DNA from: an uncultured virus (IMG/VR IMGVR_UViG_3300027896_000016)
Taxonomy: Duplodnaviria; Heunggongvirae; Uroviricota; Caudoviricetes
Length of the DNA: 20,000 nt
IMG/VR virus record: IMGVR_UViG_3300027896_000016
Reading direction: 5' to 3' (one strand)
The notes beneath the pieces were generated by a model. It had not been told where the DNA came from, did no database searches, and saw only the letters and a program-made list of their open reading frames with translations. The translations under genes and the position numbers were made by a program. Shown piece after piece: positions 1 to 6,122 of this stretch (position 1 is its first letter; the number at the start of each line of letters is the position of its first letter).

Positions 1-160
1 CAATAAGTTTAGCAGCCAATCTTAAAAAGAAATCCCAATTTTTCTTACTTTCAGTGACTAACTCTTGCATTTTTTGAATTGTATCTTCAGTTCCTCTCCA
101 ATCCGAAGGGATGTCGTATTCCTCTGAGTGACTACCTATATTTCTGAGAAAATTTAACAT
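1..160 (-). CDS. N-terminal fragment of a protein running off the window, possibly transglutaminase-like protein
   Basis: Hand-translated from ATG at 160: MLNFLRNIGSHSEEYDIPSDWRGTEDTIQKMQELVTESKKNWDFFLRLAAKLI..., open to the window edge and directly downstream of the 165-578 gene. The G-T-x-x-T-I-x-x-M-x-x-L-V pattern resembles N-termini of viral transglutaminase-like proteins (from recall only). Confidence 0.55.
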   Translation of the reverse strand, partial: MLNFLRNIGSHSEEYDIPSDWRGTEDTIQKMQELVTESKKNWDFFLRLAAKLI

Positions 161-164
161 TTAT

Positions 165-578
165 TTAGCCCGCTGAAATTTTTACCTTGGGTATTTCTAG
201 CTTAACTGGTGCAACCTCTTCTTTCGGGCCAAATGACAACATGTTCAAACTTTTACAACCCGAACCTTGGCACTTTACCTCAAGACTAAAATCAGATTTG
301 GTATTCTTTACGTAAACTTGTGCCATAAATCGGCCACACATGCGGCATTGTAATGAATAAGGTATTAAAGCTTTTGTCTCGTTATTGTATATTCTTGCAT
401 CTTCAAGTTTTTTCGTCGTGTCGATCTTGGGCGAAAACGGAAAAATATTCAAAGCCTTGCAATGTGAACGTTGACATTTTACCTTAAGTATAAAATCAGA
501 TTCTTCTGCTAAAATAGAGACATTAGCAAAAAATCTGGCACATTTAGAACATCGAAGTTCTTTAACCAGAGGCTTCAC
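165..578 (-). CDS. Tandem Mu Com-like zinc-ribbon protein (two CxxC...CxxxxC repeats)
   Basis: Repeats LRCSKCARFF...VKCQRSHCKALN and LQCRMCGRFM...VKCQGSGCKSLN match the Com-family pattern. GTG start with AAGGGG RBS. Confidence 0.7.
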   Translation of the reverse strand: MKPLVKELRCSKCARFFANVSILAEESDFILKVKCQRSHCKALNIFPFSPKIDTTKKLEDARIYNNETKALIPYSLQCRMCGRFMAQVYVKNTKSDFSLEVKCQGSGCKSLNMLSFGPKEEVAPVKLEIPKVKISAG

Positions 579-600
579 GCATTGCCCCTTAAATAAATTA

Positions 601-1050
601 TTAAACGATTTTTGCCTTTACTGTCTTTACCGCTACTCCATTATCAAAATTGTCTGTTGGAACATCTCCATCTGAATCATCGTCGTCATCGTCATCTTCG
701 TCGTCTTCATCACCATCTTCAATAGGCTGTTCTACAAATTCTTCATCATGAGATGCTAACACTAAAAGAGCGCAATCTTTCGGACTTAGCGGCTTATCCA
801 CAGCGGCCATTTTACATATTTCTAGCAAAGAATTTCCTAGCCAAGTAGCGATTCCAGAAACTTCTTCAAGATTTTCGGCCAAATCCTCAATATCTAATCC
901 TTTCAAAATACTATTTAATTTCACAATATTTTTATTCAAAATCGCTAATTGTTCAAGAATAGCCGAATTTTCACTTTGAGAACCTTTTATTGCCGCCTCT
1001 AAAAGTCCTGCAACAATATTAGGCTTCTGATTCTGTTGATTCTGATTCAT
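601..1050 (-). CDS. Hypothetical protein with acidic C-terminal tract
   Basis: Start re-assigned to MNQNQQ (ATG 1050, preceded by GAAGGGGAAG). It overlaps the end of the upstream gene and has a D/E-rich tail. Confidence 0.75.
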   Translation of the reverse strand: MNQNQQNQKPNIVAGLLEAAIKGSQSENSAILEQLAILNKNIVKLNSILKGLDIEDLAENLEEVSGIATWLGNSLLEICKMAAVDKPLSPKDCALLVLASHDEEFVEQPIEDGDEDDEDDDDDDDSDGDVPTDNFDNGVAVKTVKAKIV

Positions 1051-2995
1051 CGGAATCTTCCCCTTCATCTTCGTCACCATCCGGCGACTCTTCACCATTT
1101 TCCTCTTTTTTAATATCTTCAAATTCGGACTTAACAATAGCAAAACAACTTATACCCCATTTAATTACAGCCGGATTCTTAAGAAGCGCAACTAAATTAG
1201 CAATAAGATCTGGATTGGCATATTTGTTCAAAAAATCTACTACTTGCGGTTTACCAGTAAAAGACATTATTTCTTCGAGCATTTCTCGCGGTAATTTCGT
1301 TATAGCAAATTCAACCCAATTCGGTTCATTCTGCATAATTTTCGCGTCTTCGATCATCATAGCAAGTAATTCGTTTGTGTATTTATGCCAAATCATTTCT
1401 TTTTCTTGAACTGAAAATTGTGGCGCTTCAACAACTTGAACCTCTTCTTGTTTTGGCTGTTCTTGAGCCACAGGTGCCGGTTCCGATGTTTGCACTTGTG
1501 CTTGAGGCGTAACCCCTTGCTGCACCTGGACTTGTGGCACAACCAGCTTTGATTCCTGCGTTTTCTCCTTCCTTATCATAGTCGGTTGTGGTGCTGTCTC
1601 GGTTCTATTCAAAAGTCCAGGTTTTTCTTCTGTCACTACTTCAAGCATTTTTGGCGGTTTTACGATAATTGGCTGAATCGGCTGAACTGACTGAACTGGC
1701 TGCATTTGCGGTGGATTCTGAACACCAGTCAATTCAGGCATTCCCGATTTTCCAGCGAAACTAGCAATTAACGGAACCGCCTCACTAGCCAAATCCTTTA
1801 TTACTTCACCAGCGTCTTTGATCCAAGATTGTTTGCCGCTAGCATCGGCGGCATGATCCAATATCACTGTCATCATTTTCATTAAACTTTCGGACTTATC
1901 TTTCTGAGATGCAATTATCATCTCAGTCATAGCCTTCATCGTTTCCATACTACGGGCCATTGATTCGGCCTGAACACGACTCATATCGGCTTTTACTTTT
2001 TCGAGACTTTCGCTAGATCTTCCATCACGATCAGCCTGAATTTTCATAGCTTCAATTTGGGTTCGCATATTTTCAGATGCCTGTTGCGATTGCATTTTGA
2101 ATGTTTCTGCGATCATATTACTCTGTTGTTTCATGGCTTCGATCATTACTTGCTGAGAATTTGCAGTATTTGTGCTTTCTTTTGAATTAGCAATAGCAGC
2201 AACGAGAGCTTCAAAACCCTTAGAAACGTCGGCTTTTAGTGCTATAATCTTTTCTTCTTGCGCCCTGAATTTTTCGTCGATTTTCTTCTGTTCATCGACA
2301 TCCTTCATGAATTCTTTAATAGTATCGTCTACATTTGGTTCATTAGACTTATCTTTTTCTAGTTCTTTTAGCTCTTTTTCTAATTCAACAAGCCGCTTTT
2401 TTCTATGGGTTTCCTGAATTTTTTGCTCTAAATCCTGGCAACGATCTGATTCAATTGTCTTAAATTTGCCATTTCCACCGTTATCACCAGCACCAGAATC
2501 TAATTTATCCTCAGCTTCAATGGGATCGCCGGAAACTTCGGTCATGAAATTGCTGTGTATAGCGCCGGAATCATCATAAACTAGAATCCTGTACTTGCCA
2601 CCACCGAACAATTTTCGTATTGTTTCTTCTAATTCAAGTTTATTTGAAGGCTTTGTTTCAGAATGTAAATCGCGCTCTGGATAAATCTTGCCACTTTTAG
2701 GATGCTTATAAGTAGGTTTATTAACTTTCACGACCCATCCTTCATAATCTGTCGTTCCAATAAGCTGCAAAATATCCCAATTATTGCGAATTACACTGCC
2801 AATTCCAATAGGTCTATCAGGTTCTCGCAAAAAAGATGGAACTTCAACCCGATCCCTTTCGCGTTCTCGTATTGATTCCCGCCGATCTTCCCGAATTTTC
2901 CTTTCTTTGTCTTCTTCGGTTTCTTGAATAGGTTGAACTTCTGTCTCTTTAATCTCCCTCTTAATTGTAATCGCTTTCTCTTTTTCTTCGGCCAA
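1019..2995 (-). CDS. Large coiled-coil, Q/M/E-rich hypothetical protein
   Basis: Long ORF (track 1019-3028). The likely start is TTG 2995 behind AGGGAGG. It has an N-terminal globular segment (IRKLFGGGKYRILVYD), long heptad-rich helices, a P/Q-rich linker and an acidic tail. Confidence 0.85.
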   Translation of the reverse strand: MAEEKEKAITIKREIKETEVQPIQETEEDKERKIREDRRESIRERERDRVEVPSFLREPDRPIGIGSVIRNNWDILQLIGTTDYEGWVVKVNKPTYKHPKSGKIYPERDLHSETKPSNKLELEETIRKLFGGGKYRILVYDDSGAIHSNFMTEVSGDPIEAEDKLDSGAGDNGGNGKFKTIESDRCQDLEQKIQETHRKKRLVELEKELKELEKDKSNEPNVDDTIKEFMKDVDEQKKIDEKFRAQEEKIIALKADVSKGFEALVAAIANSKESTNTANSQQVMIEAMKQQSNMIAETFKMQSQQASENMRTQIEAMKIQADRDGRSSESLEKVKADMSRVQAESMARSMETMKAMTEMIIASQKDKSESLMKMMTVILDHAADASGKQSWIKDAGEVIKDLASEAVPLIASFAGKSGMPELTGVQNPPQMQPVQSVQPIQPIIVKPPKMLEVVTEEKPGLLNRTETAPQPTMIRKEKTQESKLVVPQVQVQQGVTPQAQVQTSEPAPVAQEQPKQEEVQVVEAPQFSVQEKEMIWHKYTNELLAMMIEDAKIMQNEPNWVEFAITKLPREMLEEIMSFTGKPQVVDFLNKYANPDLIANLVALLKNPAVIKWGISCFAIVKSEFEDIKKEENGEESPDGDEDEGEDSDESESTESEA

Positions 2996-3190
2996 GGCAA
3001 ATCCTCCCTTTTCTAATTGGGCTTCCAAGCCCTATTTTCTGAAACTATAGGAATTGACACCTATTACGAAATTACAGTTTAACAATTATGAAATAGTTAA
3101 TTAATTTGATAATTCGGCAATTCGATTATTTCTGTGTTCTGCATTTTTATGTTGGGCCAAAGCCTTAATCGAAAAACAATTCTTGTCACC

Positions 3191-3219
3191 ATTAGACCCT
3201 ATAAAACTTTAAAAGTCAA
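3191..3219 (-). promoter_or_regulatory. Putative leftward promoter TTGACT-N17-TCTAAT
   Basis: Minus-strand -35 TTGACT (3219-3214), 17-nt spacer, -10 TCTAAT (3196-3191). It points at the leftward operon and shares its -10 context with the rightward promoter. Confidence 0.6.
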
Positions 3220-3301
3220 GCCCTTTTTTAAGATATTTCGTGCATAAGCGCAAAAATGACCTACATAGTGCAATCCAAACGTTAAACTACCATTAGTGGT
3301 A

Positions 3302-3549
3302 TTACCAAATGGTAACACCACTACCAGTAGTGGTTTCATATACTAACCTTGTTAAGATTAGCATGACATAACCCTGCAAGGTGCAGACAAAATCAAGCAA
3401 TCACCTATCAGAAATTGCCTAGATTTACTCTTTTTTCTGCAAATTGGGCCAAGGCTACCCGTCGGTAGGATCATACCTAGCGGTAGCCCTAAACCAAAAA
3501 GCTACCATTTGGTAGGATTCTCCCGGTAGAGCATAATATTCGTCGGTAG
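3302..3549. repeat. Cluster of 14-bp palindromic boxes CTACC-N4-GGTAG (operator/iteron-like)
   Basis: TTACC-AAAT-GGTAA 3302-3315, CTACC-CGTC-GGTAG 3455-3468, ATACC-TAGC-GGTAG 3473-3486 and CTACC-ATTT-GGTAG 3502-3515, plus CGGTAG half-sites near 3524 and 3544. Confidence 0.65.
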
Positions 3550-3643
3550 ATTTGCGGACAACGCATATTATGCACCCGTGGGGCAAGGCATAACTCACAG
3601 TAAAACAAGGGGTTATGACGGCAAAAATAATCGAAAATTCGAC

Positions 3644-3671
3644 TTGACAACGGGGTACCTCATGGTCTAAT
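3644..3671 (+). promoter_or_regulatory. Putative rightward promoter TTGACA-N16-TCTAAT with extended -10 TG
   Basis: TTGACA 3644-3649, TG at 3663-3664, TCTAAT 3666-3671, with an A-rich upstream segment. Confidence 0.65.
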
Positions 3672-3673
3672 GG

Positions 3674-4090
3674 GTGTAGCTTCCATCGGTAGGGGTAGAC
3701 ACAAGCCCGCTACCCGGTAGCGTGTTACACGATCCTTGACAATCGCGGCGGTTCTGAGGCACGTAGCGGGAGATTACTTTCCCGCCGAACGGAAAACCGG
3801 CGATTTGCTGATTATTTGTAAAATCCGTAAATCTCAACCGGGAAAACGAAACGCCTTAAACGCTCAATCGGCTTGCAATCGCAAATTTGCGGTTTTAACC
3901 GTAAATTTACCGATTGTGACGGCTCTACAGATTATCACGCGGTAGGGGTGTTTATTTCCCCCTGCCGCTTTTCAGCGATTTGCGGTTTTTCTCGCAAATT
4001 TGCGAATCCCTGAAAAGCGGCAGTAGTGCCGTTTAGAAAATCGTGCCGATTTTGCGGTAATCGCACGATTTTAACAAAATACCGCAAATG
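3674..4090 (+). ncRNA. Highly structured ~420-nt leader or ncRNA with a 3' pseudoknot
   Basis: Consecutive long stems: 3873-3919; a perfect 14-bp stem 3962-3975/4010-4023; a 10-bp stem 4037-4046/4063-4072 whose loop region TTTGCGGTA pairs with TACCGCAAA 4080-4088. No credible ORF. Confidence 0.6.
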
Positions 4091-4103
4091 AGGGATTAGT
4101 AAA

Positions 4104-4550
4104 ATGGCTAAGAAGACTGAAGTTAGTGCGGTCCCGGTTGTCCCGGTAGCGGCTGCACCCGTCGCGCCCATGGCCCTTCCCGTCGCGCCCGTGGCCCCTG
4201 CCGCGAGCGTTCCGGCTCCCGAGGGTAAGGGGAAGCGGGGACGGCCAAAGGGATCGAAGGTTGAAGCGGTTCGGAATAACTACGCTTCCCTTATTTCGGC
4301 TGTAAGAGTTGATAAGGCCGAAAAGGTTACTCCCGATATGATCGAAAAGTATCGGGCCGAAATGGTAGCTTTCTACAGCGAAAAGGGTAATTTCGCTACG
4401 GATAAGCTTCCGGTCAAGATCTTGGAGCGTATGGGGATTGCGGCTCCGAAGTCCAGTAAGAAGGATTTGATTACGGAAGTCGCAAGCCTTAAGGCCGAAC
4501 TGGAAATGTTGCGCGCAATGAAGGCGCAAATGGAAGGGGGAAAGAAGTAA
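4104..4550 (+). CDS. AT-hook-containing protein with Pro/Ala/Val-rich N-terminus and C-terminal coiled coil
   Basis: KRGRPKGS AT-hook, GAGGGA RBS, followed by a terminator. Paralog of 5069-5587. Confidence 0.85.
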   Translation: MAKKTEVSAVPVVPVAAAPVAPMALPVAPVAPAASVPAPEGKGKRGRPKGSKVEAVRNNYASLISAVRVDKAEKVTPDMIEKYRAEMVAFYSEKGNFATDKLPVKILERMGIAAPKSSKKDLITEVASLKAELEMLRAMKAQMEGGKK

Positions 4551-4571
4551 CAAACTGCAAGTAAGGCAATT

Positions 4572-4607
4572 AAGCCCGAATGGGAAAATTCCCGTTCGGG
4601 CTTTTTT
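4572..4607 (+). terminator. Intrinsic terminator-like hairpin
   Basis: AAGCCCGAATGGGAA-AA-TTCCCGTTCGGGCTT followed by a T-tract. Confidence 0.8.
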
Positions 4608-4614
4608 GTTATAT

Positions 4615-4734
4615 TGGGAATGGCCGAAGAATAAAGGGCCGATAAAACCGCGTTTTTTACAGAAAACGCGCAATAATCGACCGCCCGCTGTAACGGGAAA
4701 GAAGCCAAATAAGGCTTCCGGCCAAATTTTCCCA
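4615..4734 (+). ncRNA. Structured RNA, kissing-loop four-way junction, copy 1
   Basis: P1 TGGCCG/CGGCCA; P2 arm ending in loop TTACAG (4657-4662); P3 CCCG/CGGG with loop CTGTAA (4688-4693); P4 GAAGCC/GGCTTC. Homologous to copy 2 with compensatory changes. Confidence 0.75.
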
Positions 4735-4746
4735 TATTTGTAGTAC

Positions 4747-4783
4747 TCCCCGATAGGTCTTTCCGGCCTATCGGGGATTTTTT
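4747..4783 (+). terminator. CCCCGRTAG-family hairpin
   Basis: TCCCCGATAGGTC-TTTCC-GGCCTATCGGGGA plus T-tract. Confidence 0.8.
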
Positions 4784-4834
4784 GTTATATTGCCGGTACT
4801 TAGCTGCGCAGCAAGCGGCAGCACTTACCGACTT

Positions 4835-4946
4835 GGGCATAGCCGAAATTAAAGGGTTGAATAAAATCTTGCTTTTTTGCAGAAAACAAGATTGAAACAA
4901 CCGCCCCTGCAAGGGAAATTGGCGCATAAGCCAACGACTATTGCCC
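4835..4946 (+). ncRNA. Structured RNA, kissing-loop four-way junction, copy 2
   Basis: GGGCA/TGCCC and TAGCCG/CGACTA closing stems; GGTTG/CAACC and AATCTTG/CAAGATT arm with loop TTGCAG (4877-4882); CCC/GGG with loop CTGCAA (4907-4912); TTGGC/GCCAA. Confidence 0.75.
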
Positions 4947-4947
4947 T

Positions 4948-4984
4948 TCCCCGATTGTCCTTACCGGGCAATCGGGGATTTTTT
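4948..4984 (+). terminator. CCCCGRTAG-family hairpin
   Basis: TCCCCGATTGTCC-TTACC-GGGCAATCGGGGA plus T-tract. Confidence 0.8.
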
Positions 4985-5068
4985 ATTATAGGCTATTATT
5001 AGCCGACAATATTCGCTAGAGCGTTCTAGCGAAAATCGAATAAACCCGAGGGATCGAAAGGGGATCGT

Positions 5069-5587
5069 ATGGCGAATCGAAAGGATAGGTCAATTGCTAG
5101 CACGTCTTTTGTGTCGTTTGTTGAGAAGCACAAAGGCAAGACAAAAAAGATTTCAGTCGAAAAGTTAGACGAATTGCGCGAAGAGTATATAGACGCAATT
5201 GGGGAAAACGATAATTTTGAATATGAAGCCGTTCCGATTTCACTGCGAAATATGGTCGAATGGGAAGATGAAGACGATAATTCGGACAACGATTCGGACG
5301 ATAATGAAGATATTGACGATGAAGACGATGAAGACGATGAAGACGAAAGGCCGCGCCGAAAATTGCGAAATTCGCGCAAATCGCGCAAAGTCGGCAACGC
5401 CGATATTTTGGCTGCAATTGTCGGCCTAACGAATGCAATTGCAGGAAAGACAACGCCAAAGCCGGAACAACCGGAAAAGCCGGAACCTAAACCGGAAACA
5501 AAAAAGGATTTGCGGGATCAAGTCGCGGCGCTTAAAGCCGAAATTGCGGCACAAACGGCGCAAACGGCAACGCCACAAAAGCCGTAA
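5069..5587 (+). CDS. Hypothetical protein with long acidic tract, paralog of 4104-4550
   Basis: AAAGGGGA RBS, D/E-rich insert, C-terminal KKDLRDQVAALKAEI. Confidence 0.85.
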   Translation: MANRKDRSIASTSFVSFVEKHKGKTKKISVEKLDELREEYIDAIGENDNFEYEAVPISLRNMVEWEDEDDNSDNDSDDNEDIDDEDDEDDEDERPRRKLRNSRKSRKVGNADILAAIVGLTNAIAGKTTPKPEQPEKPEPKPETKKDLRDQVAALKAEIAAQTAQTATPQKP

Positions 5588-5593
5588 TAAATT

Positions 5594-5682
5594 GAAAATC
5601 GGTAGCGGTGCAAAATCCGGGCGAAAGAACCGGACTGCACAGAGTAATTAAGCCGACGTTGCGAATCGGTCTACCGATTTTC
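5594..5682 (+). ncRNA. Putative three-way-junction structured RNA
   Basis: Perfect 12-bp closing stem GAAAATCGGTAG/CTACCGATTTTC enclosing a GTGCA-TCCGG/CCGGA-TGCAC arm and a GCCGA/TCGGT arm. Confidence 0.55.
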
Positions 5683-5686
5683 TTTT

Positions 5687-5721
5687 AACCCCGGTTGCTC
5701 GAAAGGGCTTCCGGGGTTTTT
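5687..5721 (+). terminator. CCCCG-family hairpin with GAAA tetraloop
   Basis: AACCCCGG-TT-GCTC-GAAA-GGGC-TT-CCGGGGTT plus T-tract. Confidence 0.75.
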
Positions 5722-5770
5722 CTATTGTGTAGTGTTGGGCAAAGGGAAATTTGGCAAAAAGGAGAAAAAG

Positions 5771-6028
5771 ATGCATTGGAAATGTCCAATAGAAGATTGT
5801 TCTAATTGCACCGGATATCTTTGCGACAAAGCCGATGAAAATGACGATGATTTGTTAGATGAGGAAATAGATAATAAGCCTTATTGGTTTTGCGAAATGT
5901 GCGGATACAAAAACGAAAAGAAGCCTATGCCGCTAGATCGTCAGAAATTTTACGATAAAGTGGCAAGTTCTCACGCGCCAATTTGCCCGAAATGCAAATC
6001 CGAAAGCCTTATGCCAGTAGGATTTTGA
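5771..6028 (+). CDS. Small Cys-rich zinc-finger protein
   Basis: Start re-assigned to ATG 5771 behind AAAGGAGAAA. Contains CxxC motifs (CEMC, CPKC) and an N-terminal Cys cluster. Confidence 0.8.
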   Translation: MHWKCPIEDCSNCTGYLCDKADENDDDLLDEEIDNKPYWFCEMCGYKNEKKPMPLDRQKFYDKVASSHAPICPKCKSESLMPVGF

Positions 6029-6031
6029 ATT

Positions 6032-6066
6032 AATCCCCAGTAGGCCGAAAGGCTTATCGGGGATTT
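6032..6066 (+). terminator. CCCCGRTAG-family hairpin
   Basis: AATCCCCAGTAGGCC-GAAA-GGCTTATCGGGGATT. Confidence 0.75.
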
Positions 6067-6122
6067 CTTATTTATAGAGAGTTTGTACAAAGGAGAAAGG
6101 AATTAGCATAAAGGAGAAAGAA

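Noticed and set aside
3371..3445. Fourth kissing-loop RNA copy (ACC-CTGCAA-GGT hairpin)
   Set aside because: The CTGCAA loop is present, but I could not find the partner arm or a closing stem.
3736..4927. Track ORFs 3736-3945(+), 3935-4171(-), 4071-4673(-), 4373-4927(-)
   Set aside because: No RBS, atypical composition, and they overlap the structured RNAs or lie antisense to a better gene.
5594..5682. Firm call as a c-di-GMP-I or cobalamin riboswitch
   Set aside because: Only a partial motif resemblance. The receptor arm and B12-box elements are not visible.
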